The notes beneath the pieces were generated by a model. The model was not told where the DNA came from and did no database searches. It worked only from the letters and a program-made list of their open reading frames with translations. DNA of 63,940 nucleotides, counting the filler, from Welwitschia mirabilis (taxonomy: Eukaryota), in NCBI GenBank assembly GCA_051453625.1. It is 7 parts of one record of this genome, joined end to end, with 100 filler letters (N's around TTAATTAATTAA, not from the genome) between each part and the next. Parts side by side here need not be neighbours in the genome. Positions count along the whole stretch, not along the records: positions 1 to 22,844 come from JBOZIK010000001.1; positions 22,945 to 28,319 come from JBOZIK010000001.1; 5 more parts are not named here. One strand, given 5' to 3'. The translations under genes and the position numbers were made by a program. This document shows, piece after piece, positions 13,351 through 24,523 of this stretch. Numbering within the stretch: the first letter of the stretch is position 1; each line of letters starts with the position of its first letter.

Positions 13351-14019
13351 GACCATGGCCATCATGCAATAGCCAAAACAACATTTATCTTCTAAACTAT
13401 TCTCAGTTTATGCACGTTTTGGTTAGCATTTGTTGTAAGGAAGGAGATTACATGTTGCTGTGGTCTTTGTCTCTAGTGTGAAGGAGGAGAAGAGGGAAGG
13501 AGAGGCCTGGGAGTGGAATCTGTTGGATTTGAAGATGTGCTAGAATGTTATTCCAGCTTTTGTACCTCTTACAGATTTTCACAATTGTCTAGATGTCATC
13601 GAACAGGTCCTTGGGCAAAATAATGGCTAAAAAAAAAAAAAGAATGATTTCGCTGGATGATAAGAGTTTGAAAAAAGATTTTCATTATGCAATGGTATAG
13701 AAGAAGTGGAAAAAGAGAAATAGCAAGAAGACAAGAAAGATTTCAAAAAAGAAGAGCAAGAATACGATGAGTCAAAGTATCACCTGACAAGGAGGAGATT
13801 ATTAGAGAGGATGAAAGAGAGGATGAAAATAGAGTGGAGAATGACAAAGTAGAGGAGGTGAATGTGTTTGAAAATGATTTCTTAAACGAGGAATATTCTT
13901 TGAATACATTGTTGCAATCAGAATATTTTCACTGCTGTTCTATGTGCTGCTTCATCGATCACCGAGAATCCAAATGAAAAGGTAAAGATCCTTCACTTTA
14001 TTATCACTTCAAGGAATTT

Positions 14020-16016
14020 GGACAAAGATATTGTTATGGGGGCTGCTCTTGTAAATGGTTATGTCAAGTGCGGCAATATTGATGTTGAATTTCGTCTGTT
14101 TGATTCAATGCCAGAATGAAATAAATATATTTGGACAATAATTCTTTCTAGCTTTGCTTAGTTTGGAAGATTGGAAGAAGCAGGTCTCTTTTTTGATCAA
14201 ATGCCTAAAAAGATCCCAGATTCTTGGTGTACAATGGTTTTAGGTTATGCCCGGATAAGAGACATAGAAACAGCAGAAGTTCTTTATAAAAGAACACCTA
14301 ATAAATGTCTTGTGTCTCAGAATGTGATGATTATAGCTTATGCATAGAATGGTAGAAATGACTCTGCAAGAAAAATCTTTGATCAAACGGGTAAAAGAGA
14401 ATTGGTTTCTTAGTCTTCCATGATCGCAGGGTATGCTCAACAAGATTAAGAAGCAAAATCTCTGAAGCTGTTTGTTGATATGCAGAGAGAAAACATAAAG
14501 ACCTACTCAACCCACCTATGTTAGTATTATTAATGCTTGTGCCCATATGGGTGTCTTGGAAGACGACAAACAGATACAAGAACATAGCATTAAGACAGGA
14601 TTCCTATTCGATCAATTTGTTGGTAATACCCTAGTTACAATGTATGCAAAGTGCAACCATGTTGAGGTTATCTCCAGGGGTTTTGATTACCTGTCTGAAA
14701 AGAATTTAGTCCCCTTGAATGTTGTCATTTTTGGATATACTCTGAATTCAAAAATTAATAATGCCTACAAAATTTTTGATATGATGGGTGAAAGGAATTT
14801 GGTTTCATGAACGGCCATGATTGGTGGATATGTCCAAAATGAGGACAGTCAAGAAACCCTAAGACTTATATTGAAATTCTTAGGTAAGGGATCAGGCCTA
14901 ATGAATCTACCTTTTCTTCCATCCTCACTGCATGTGCCCACCTTGGGGCTCTGAATCAAGGTGAACAAGTGGAGGAAACAGTGATCAAAGTAGGCTTAAA
15001 AGATGCTCTATGTGTGGGAAATTCTCTTAGTCACTGTGTATGCAAAATGTGGAGGCAATGAAGCTTTGAAGGTATTCAACCAAATGCCCTACAAAATGTG
15101 ATTTCATGGAATACCATAATAGGAAGGTTAGCCCAACATTGTCAGAGTAACAAGGCCCTTGAATTCTTTGAGAGGATGAAGTTATCTGGAGTCACACCCA
15201 ATGCCATGACTTTTGTTTCAGTTCTTTCTGCTTGCAAATACGCAGGATTGGTCGAAAAGGATAAATACTATTTTGAATCCATGATCCGGGATTATCAGAT
15301 GGTTCCTGTGAGAAACACGATGCCTACATGATGGATTTTTTGGGTCATTCCGGAGTAGTGGATGAGGTAAAAGAATTCATCAACAGTATACCTATTTAAC
15401 CAGATGCAGTTGTCTAGGGTGCTTTGCTAGATGCATGTAGAATATGCCCAAATGCCGAATTAGCAACATATGCAGCTAAAAAGATTTTTGAATTGGAACC
15501 TGATAATTCTAGCAACTATACTTTACTGTCCAACATTTATGCTTCAATGGGCATGTGGAATGATGCTCAGAAGGTGAGAAAGATTATGATTGATAGAAAG
15601 GTGAACAAGGAATCAGGTTGCAGCTGGATTTAACTTAAAAGCAAGCGGCGGACTTTTACAAGAAAAAGCAGGAACCATTCTCTTTTGAACAAGACATATG
15701 CGAAATTAAACAAGCCTTTTTGACAAACGAGAACATTGGTTATATGCCTAATACAAAATTTATCATGCATGATGTTGAGGAAGTGTAGAAGGAATACATT
15801 CCTTCTTAACATAGCGTGAACATCTAGCTCTTGCTTATGGACTCATTAGTATTCCTGTTGGTGCACTGATTCATGTCATGAAGAATCTTCGTGTGTGTGG
15901 TGATTGTCATGCTGCTGTCAAGTTCATAAGGCATCACTCAAGAGACTATTTTGAAAGATCCTATTCGTTTTTACTATTTCATTAATGGATACCATTCTTG
16001 TAAGGATTATTGATGA
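14020..16016 (+). pseudogene. PLS-class pentatricopeptide repeat pseudogene with E/E+ and DYW deaminase domains (organellar C-to-U editing-factor family)
   Basis: PPR motifs AALVNGYVKCGNID..RLFDSMPE, FVGNTLVTMYAKC, ISWNTIIG, GVTPNAMTFVSVLSAC. E domain LLDACRI..FELEPDNSSNYTLLSNIYAS. PG-box equivalent KESGCSWI. DYW domain GYMPNTKFIMHDVEE, frameshifted [21 protein letters not shown], ending SCKDY* (TGG->TGA) then TGA. No introns evident; many stops and frameshifts. Confidence 0.95.
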
Positions 16017-16949
16017 GGCTAATACACACAAGTGCAGAAGAGGTTCATGTTATTGTTTGAATCTAATTATGTCAGGGTAACTCCATTCCATGTAATGGTT
16101 GTAGTTCAATGATGTTTGTCTCTGGATGTGGATTCCTAAGTGTTAAATAGAGATAAATAATAATCTCATACATGACTGACATATTTAATCAAATTTTCAA
16201 ATACTGCAATAATTCATGCACTCCTTTTAATATCTCAATTTTTGGCCAGAATAGAATAAGTTAACCCACAAGTGTCTATATTTGCAGAGCCTACTTTTTA
16301 TAATTTTTTCTATGTCGGAAGCAACTCATAAAGATTGGCTTCTCCACAAGTGATGAATCAAAAACTAGATAACCCATATCTTCATCTTGGCTTAAGATCA
16401 TCATGCCTCTCATTTGAGCTTTACAAATTGTCTGAGCACAATCAGTTCTCTAACTATCAGATCCACCTCATTGGACATTAAAGCATTAAGTTTGAATGAC
16501 ATACATTGGTAGACAAAATATACCAAGTCTAGAAATCCTCCAATCACCCTCTTAAGGACTGTCCCATACAATTCACTCAAGGGCTTCCTGACTTACAGCA
16601 TTAACAGGCATCTGATAGCTTCAGTCACCCATAAAAATAATCGAGCTGATGATAGTCATGTGGATTATATAACCTTACAAGAAGCTCATTCCTTTACTCA
16701 TCAAAGTGTCATTTGACATCTACGGAGATGGAGAACTTAAAAGATCTGTGATGGGTCATCTTAAAAAGGGCAAGAAAGGGCAAGAGGAAGGTACTAAGCT
16801 AAACTTAATTAGTTGATAATTCAAAAAACAAACTTGATGCACTGTGGTACTTATATGTTGTATTTGGCATTTAATATTGTTATCCTGTTAAGAACAACAA
16901 ATCATGGATACTGCCTACAGCTTATAGACTTTGGCATCTATTCACACTT

Positions 16950-19900
16950 TCAAGTGCCAATAAGATGTGGACAATTGGTCCCTTGGCAAGGAGGCCAAGG
17001 CTATGTACAGCCCAAGATATTCGCTCAGTTAGATGGGCATGAGATGCCTGTACACTTTATCACTCTATTTGTTTTTAGGATGAAGTACACTCTTAATAAC
17101 TGGCCTGGCTTCTAAAAGCTCACTGAAAGATTTTACTACAGCATCCCATGTGCCTCTTTACTATTGTGGGTTTATCTATTAAGGGCAAATGCACCAGCTT
17201 GACTAAAATTCTTCCACTTACCATGTTGATATATAGAGAAATAATAGTGACACATGCTTCTTGAGTAATGCCTTCAAAAGCACATTGCTGTGCTTTGTTT
17301 GACAAACTTAACTCGTGAAAAAGATTGGGTAACACCTTGGGTTCTCTAATACACAGACAAACAAACCAACATTCATGAACCTACAAAAGCTATAGTTATG
17401 TAAAAAACCTAAGCAGTACCCACACAAGGCATCTGCAAGGCTTGGTGATCTAATCAAAATCTGAACCTTACTCTGTTGGTCAAACCTCTGCTGCATGTGC
17501 TCATATACAAACATGCAAGTGCAAACACAAAGGAGGGTCTCTATTATATGAGAAGAATCAAGGTAACATAAATTCTAAAATAAGAACTTTGAGTTCTGCC
17601 TAGGGTAGTTTGGTTTGTTTTTCTGATAAGCTGCAGACATCCATCAGTAAATTGCTAAAATAGTTGTGTGTTGGATGCCATGAACTTCTTATACATTCTT
17701 CACACCATGAAATGTCATTATCATAACCAATGAATAGGGAATAGGTTAAAAAAATTCAGAAGTTCATCCTAAAAATATGCTTTTTTTTTATACATCTTCA
17801 GATTTCTGAACCTATGGTGGAGTCCACGAGTGGATGAAAGTTGAGATTTTAAACAGGAAAAGTACTACTCATACCAATTTTTACTTTTCTTCATTATTTC
17901 ATTACTAGAACAATCTCCAATGGGAGGAGCACTAAAGATCTTGTGATAGAAACATGATGTTGGATTGCATACAATATCATAGATAATCTTCCAGGAGTCT
18001 CCCTTAACTCATGTCTTAAATCTAGATGCTCAAACACACCCAAGAAGTCCGTCATAGGAATAGATCAGCCTATAGGCTTCTCTACAAAGCATGAATAAGG
18101 GGCACATGCTGTGTCTGTGCAAGATGAGAATGGGCAACTCTGAGATTTTCTTTAATGCAAGCCCTTTGCTTACCAGTTAATGGTTGTTTCGTTTCCACTG
18201 AAATTGCACCCAAATGATTGGGTAACTACAAACAATGCAAATAAGGGCAAATGATACTATAGAGTAAACCATCAAAGACAACAATAATCTCCTCCTTATT
18301 CTTTCTACCACTTGCCATTCGATAATCCATAGCAAGAGAAAGGATAGGTATCTAGAGGTTAAATAATTAGGATCCACAAGATACACTATACAATGGATGG
18401 TGAAAAATGCAATGTAGGCTATACAGCTATGATAAGTTGCTTGAAATTTTGTCCAATAAATGAAATATGTTTTGTAATCAAACTGTCTTGAAACACTTCA
18501 TCAGGATGAGTTTGCATTACATTGTTTGATATGCATATCATAGAGAACATTGCTTTGCAAACCCTTGATCTTGTATAGTCGACACTAAAGGGTAAAATTT
18601 AAATTAAAGATAGAATTAAATCAAGTGAAAATAGCATTTGTAATCCATGGTCTTGAATTTCAAAGATACACAAAAATAATACAATTCTTAGAAACTCGCA
18701 TGTGCTTGCATTATTTAATAAATCTAACAGGACTACAATCTAAATTATTTTGCCTACATCGTGACTTATACTACTAGAATTTAGCTCTAGATTTAATAAG
18801 TACAGTGCTGTAATGTGAATTGCAAAAATGAACATTAACTCCTTCGCGTCCATCCTTGGAATTACAATCAAGATACAACGTCAAAGCAAATTCTTTTTAA
18901 TATTTGTAAGATAGGTTAAATTCGACAAATAGCGTGATTATAGAATGGTATCAAATTATGCAATGGCAGTAGGGGATGCAAGGAAATGAAGGAAAGATCA
19001 AGCCTAGTCAAAGCAACATGCAAGACTTGAATCACATGTCTAATTAAAGCAACATGCAAGACTTGAATTACATGCCCACTCAGACAATAGAAGTTGATGG
19101 CTTTATTTTGTGCATGAACCACTTGCCTCTATCCTTGTTTCTTTCTTATCTAGAATCAGCTGATGTAGCTTACAATCTAAAGGTGAAAACTTCTAGTGGT
19201 TCAAAGGTCTTCAAAGCCATTTTTTACTGCCACGAAGATTTCTACTACATGCAAAGACTGTCTTCTTTACTTTATAGTATTCTCTTTTAGGAAGACAATC
19301 ATTTCCTTTGCTTGGGCCCTTTGATACTTATTTTGTAGAATACATCCATTTCTTTATCACTGATTTCTTAGTTAGTAGCAATTTCTCTTCTCAAAACCTC
19401 TTACCAAGATTTGTAAACCATGTTAATATTAATTGCATAATCTTCATAGGATTTAACCTATGTAGTGCCTTTTTGATAGGGCTGAGTTATTGATCTAAAC
19501 CAGCTTCTAGTCGTTCATCCTTAATAGAAGATGTATTCTCTGTAGGTAAATTTCTATCTTGCAACTTAACACCATTAATAGAAGATAAGTTTGATTTTGA
19601 GCCTAAAGCATCTTCATTTTGAACAATCATACTGTTATCACTAGACTCAAGAGATCTTTGAAAGAGAGAAATGTTACCAAAGAGATCACAGAAATATTTT
19701 CCTAAAGATCTTCATCACATACATTCTTGTTCATGTTTAAACTTTCATGTGCCTCCATTACTTCATCAGGAACATTATAGAATAATGTTTTTTCATGTTA
19801 GTTATTTTCTAAGAAAGATGACAACCAAACATTAGATGACTTAGGCTTTAGAAGGGGCCCTTCTTGAATTTGAACATCAACTTTTCTTAGATCCATTAAA

Positions 19901-20400
19901 ACTTGCATTGCTAATGATGTAAAAGTGACTTTTTACAAGATTTAATTCCTCTATATTCCATGTTGAATGGCTTAATGTTTTGAGAATTAACACCTTCATG
20001 TTTAGCTCTATTAGGATCAACACTTTTATAGTATAACAATGTCTTTGCATCTCATCAAAACTTTTAGATGTAGAATGCTAATCTATGTGCCTTTTTTCTT
20101 TTCATACATTCAACATTCTTCCGTAAACACTCTCCACCCAATCTCTATATTCCATGACTTAATCGTGCAATAAGATCCATCTTCCAATGCCTTCTTTATA
20201 TGAAATCATTCACCATTCAAGTCATCTCACTAAGAACCACATCCCAGTGCAACATTCATCTCTTAGGTTCCTCCTAATTTTTTTAAAGTTTTGATGATAT
20301 AATTCAAACCGCATGCATTATTAGCACTTTTCAATTGCTTTTGATGCATCTGATGATTATGCTTTATCATTCGCAAACAAGGAGATACAGAAGAGGATTT
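16950..20400 (-). pseudogene. Decayed EAF1-like (NuA4 scaffold; HSA + SANT/Myb) gene fragment with introns
   Basis: Manual minus-strand translation. HSA motif EEPKR*MLHWDVVLSEMT*MVNDFI*RRHWKM (~20150-20275; cf. [23 protein letters not shown]). HEKTLFYNVPDEVMEAH (~19745-19800; cf. EENLFYAVPPGAMETY). SANT-like HEL/GDSWKIIYD..FYHKIF (~17915-18070). An AG/GT-bounded 159-nt open exon at 17380-17222 (NLFHEL..AFEGIT). Reference motifs are from memory and unverified. Confidence 0.62.
19009..19076. repeat. Short tandem duplication (2 x ~36 bp)
   Basis: AAAGCAACATGCAAGACTTGAAT(C/T)ACATG occurs twice. Confidence 0.85.
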
Positions 20401-22844
20401 ATTTCCTATGGTAATTGAATGATCAATTTCTTTTATCATTGAAACCCTTCAGGGCACTTTAAGATTGACATGACATAAAATCTACATTTGGAGATATAGA
20501 TCTACATAGCATAAATATGAATTTTGAGCATTCAACCTTTGCCTATCATTGCTTTAAAGACTTAAATGCATAGATGAATGCATGTCTTTTATCAGGGTTG
20601 AGAATAAGAGAAAGTATCTAAACTAGTAGAGGCAGGAAACATTTATTATTGAGCAAACACCATTACTATAGAGTAACTCACACTCTGATTTCTTATCCCA
20701 CATTGTAAAGGAAATGGATTAATCATTATTGTCTTATTTTAGAAATACGAAATATAAAAAATCTAGCTAGCCAAGAAGAATGAGTTACAGTTAAACCAAT
20801 TTAAATGCCTAATTCATAGATGTCTAGACCTTCATGTGTTATGTTACTAATGCCTTTGAAGCTTGAATTTACTTTAATCTGATCTATAAAAGATTACAAC
20901 AATACTAAACAACTTAAAATATATAAAATATTATAGCAACTTAAGCAAAATTAAGCTTTTTCATGAGTCTGAAGCATTCCCATCTATTGTAATTTTAAAT
21001 TAGAAAATTTTAACAAATGAAAAAAAGATGCAGGCCCTCCTTTTTTATTTGTCTTGGGACCAGCATTAGGGTGTATTCCAACATCATGTAATTATACATT
21101 CTAATGGTAGAGTTACCTACATTAATACTTAATTTTAGAGATATACATGGTAATATGTTAGAAAAAAAAATATTTATCTAAATTATTTAAAAATTTATAC
21201 CTTACCTTCTCAGAAGTTATAGGCTGTAGACTATAGCTGCTATTAGAAAGTAAATAGGCTTAAAATATATTAAATATTATAGCAAAATAACAAACAATCA
21301 TATTGTTAACATTACATTTAGGAAATCAATATGAGATATTCAAAATGTTTTCTAATATAGATAAACAAAATTAACAAGCACAAAAATGGCAAGCCTCATT
21401 CAATAATAGGTAAATCAGAGTCATCCAAATGAATACTAATATTTTTACTAAATGAATTAGATTGCCTTCTTCTCTTTTTTGGACTAATAAAACTCCTCAA
21501 GAATTTTTTTTGAGTATATCTATCCATCTACTGTAGAAAATGTAAGGGAAGAAAGCATTTCATTAACTATCTTTTTAATATAGATAATGACATCAACATC
21601 TTGTAGAAACATATATTAAAGTTTGAACTTTTTTTTCACAACCTATATTGTATTACTTAAAGGTCTTCGATTTTTTTGTTTTGACTAGAGTCTTTAGGAC
21701 CAGAATTCATATCAATTTTTTATTCTTTCACATCAGCTTCCAAGATTATAAGCTGAGATAGATCAACCACTACTTCATGGAAAATTGAAAAATCTTTGTC
21801 CAGTTTTAAATCATCTATGCTTATTTTAGTTATCTAAAATATGCGTTTCCTTGCAAACTCTAAACCTCTTGTTAGAATCATTATTTTAATTATGTGCTTG
21901 CATATGTGACCTGTTTTGAATCATTGACATTTACACTTAATTGCATACAAGTATGCCTTCATTATATGGTATATTACCTCACGTGTATTGGGTTTCTGAC
22001 TTCGAACATAATAGCCATCCTCACATATATTATCAAGCAAGCAATCTTTATTGGTAATGGGAATAGCCTTGTCCAATAAAGCTTTGTTATCTTTTTGTAA
22101 TTGATAATTTACAATAAATTTAGCACCTTAAGTCTTACTGTTGCGGTGTGTATTTNNNNNNNNNNNNNNNNNNNNNNNNNNNNNNNNNNNNNNNNNNNNN
22201 NNNNNNNNNNNNNNNNNNNNNNNNNNNNNNNNNNNNNNNNNNNNNNNNNNNNNNNTTATCAAATACACTTAAGTTGGCGGCGCAACACTTACTTTATTTT
22301 AAAAATGTATTTATGGTTGAGAGAGATATTAAACTAGTCAACTCTCTTAGTGAAACATGCTTTTTGTCACTGAGAAACTTGTACTTTAGTAAACCATGGT
22401 AAGATTCAATTGCGTTATTTGTATGTTGTTGTGCATGTGGAACATCATGATATACCTTTACCCACATATCTAAAAGGATAAATAATTTTAAAAATAAGAA
22501 GNNNNNNNNNNNNNNNNNNNNNNNNNNNNNNNNNNNNNNNNNNNNNNNNNNNNNNNNNNNNNNNNNNNNNNNNNNNNNNNNNNNNNNNNNNNNNNNNNNN
22601 NTTGTATGTTGTTATGCATGTGGAACATCATGATATACCTTTATCCACATATCTAAAAGGATAAATAATTTTAAAAATAAGAAGTTACATAAATTTATTA
22701 TTTTGGTTAATAATTATTTTATATGCTAAATAAACTTTCAAATACTCAACTTACTTTGTTTATCAGTGGATAGACAATTTTTTTCTAAATAACTAACAAA
22801 TAAACTTTGATGTACAAAGTCATATACAAATTTTAATATCTCCA

Positions 22845-22944
22845 NNNNNNNNNNNNNNNNNNNNNNNNNNNNNNNNNNNNNNNNNNNNTTAATTAATTAA
22901 NNNNNNNNNNNNNNNNNNNNNNNNNNNNNNNNNNNNNNNNNNNN
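22845..22944. other. Artificial contig/scaffold linker N44-TTAATTAATTAA-N44 (also at 28320, 49595, 52614, 60994, 62635)
   Basis: Six identical 100-nt blocks; the 12-mer puts stop codons in all six frames. Confidence 0.95.
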
Positions 22945-24414
22945 TTATAATGATCTTTCTTGATTCACATGACTCTCCTGATGTCTTATACCTTTCCATA
23001 TGTAAGTTCCTGAATAAATGATGTAAACCATCCATCATACCCTTTTTTTGGGGCATTTTCAAGACTTCACTTGCCATAAATTTATTGTAAGTCTGGTTAC
23101 ATACAAATTTCTCAAAGGATTAACATTTTGTAATATAAAACTGAAACAAGTCAAAAGCTACAAGGTTTTCAAGTTTTCTGACTATGTATTAACAATTGAA
23201 AAAAGAAAAACATAAAGGCTCTCATAATTTTATTTTGACCATGATTTTGTATTAAATTAAAAGGTAAGGCATTTAAAGCACCTCAACTACCATGATCTCT
23301 ATACCTGAAATGTACATAATAGCTTTTATAATAAACAAGGAATTCCTATCTTTTGCTTCCTCTTTCATTTTAATAGGATGAATTAAAACTAACTTTTATT
23401 GATTTTTAAGAAAACAAGTGCACTAGCTTGGAACAAGAATAGAAGCTTTTCTAAAATGATTGCAATGTACTGCAAATTTTATAGTTTTAAGTAAAAGTTA
23501 TCATGTGCAATTGTAATTCAGTGATCTTAGTGCGAGAGTTCTAAAAATTTTCTTCCAGTGTTTGTTCCTTCTTTATTTTTTATGGCATTTCTACTTCTTT
23601 AAGAATATGTCCCATCATTTTGGGTTACTAACCCTTTCTATAATAGGATTTCTGTGAATGAATTTGAATAAGTCCTTAAGAAGTTTTCTCTGTATCTACG
23701 CTTCTCATTTTTAAATTTAGACGAATTCGAAACAAGCATATGACAATAGATTAAGCAAGTACTCTAGTTGGCTGGTAGATAACATTAAAAAAATTATTTT
23801 AACCTATACTTATCATTCTATTTTCTGTTCATTTTCATTAAATCTTTTGCAAAACTAATCAAGATATGATATAAACAATGTCATACTGAAACATAAATCA
23901 ATAGAAAGCATTTTGCGAAAACATCTCTAAAACTATCAAACTAGGTTAGAGCTTCCACTTTGGAATTTGAGCTTCTGGAGGGAAATGGCAATCTCAAAAA
24001 ACCACATTTTGTTATACTCCAGGAAATCCATGGCATCAAGTAAAGGAACATGAACTCGAAATTTCTAAAGCCTCAAATCTACAGCATCAAGCATAGGCAA
24101 AAATGGGTGTCAAGGTAGAAATGTGCCAAAACCCTCCTATTTTGCTCTTCAGAAAAAATGTGAATGCATGTCAGAACATTCTTTTATTGCAATTCTTCAA
24201 CACCTTTCATAAAACTATAGAGGATATAGCCATCTAAAAGCCTCTAGCCCAAGATCCTTCTTGATGAACAACTTTCATTCGATACATCTAATAGCCTTTA
24301 CTTTAAGTTTTCTAGTGTACAACAGTATACGCACCTTCTAAAGAAAATTATGATGCACCATTTCATTAAATTACTTTGCAGCTTTACTTAAAAATAACTT
24401 TTTAAATATTGCAT

Positions 24415-24523
24415 CACATTTATGAACATAACATAACATACGCCATATCAGTGGCTGACCATGATTAAGAAGGACTTGGTCCATCTCATTTATTAAGAAA
24501 TAGACTGCAAGTAAGTTAAGTTC
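24415..24523 (-). repeat. Right terminal inverted repeat of the MULE
   Basis: Plus strand reads TTTATGAACATAAC...GCTGACCATGATTAAGAAGGACTTGGTC...CATTTATTAAGAAATAGACTGCAAGTAAGTTAAGTTC, followed directly by the TSD. Confidence 0.85.

Larger units (their letters stand above)
13246..24523. mobile_element. Mutator-like (Pack-MULE-type) DNA transposon carrying captured host gene sequences
   Basis: Inverted termini 13246-~13350 and ~24415-24523. Identical 9-bp flanks CCTTTCTTC at 13237-13245 and 24524-24532. Empty site in the other LTR (~6158-6185). No transposase recognised. Contains N gaps and one assembly linker, so the size is nominal. Confidence 0.85.

Noticed and set aside
18177-18340. IIVVFDG as a possible MULE transposase catalytic-Asp motif
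   Set aside because: No accompanying MULE motifs were recognised, and it lies between the HSA and SANT segments of the EAF1-like gene.
22889-22900. Six identical TTAATTAATTAA palindromes across the window, as a possible dispersed repeat or recombination site
   Set aside because: Each is centred in exactly 44 N on both sides; this is an artificial six-frame-stop assembly linker.
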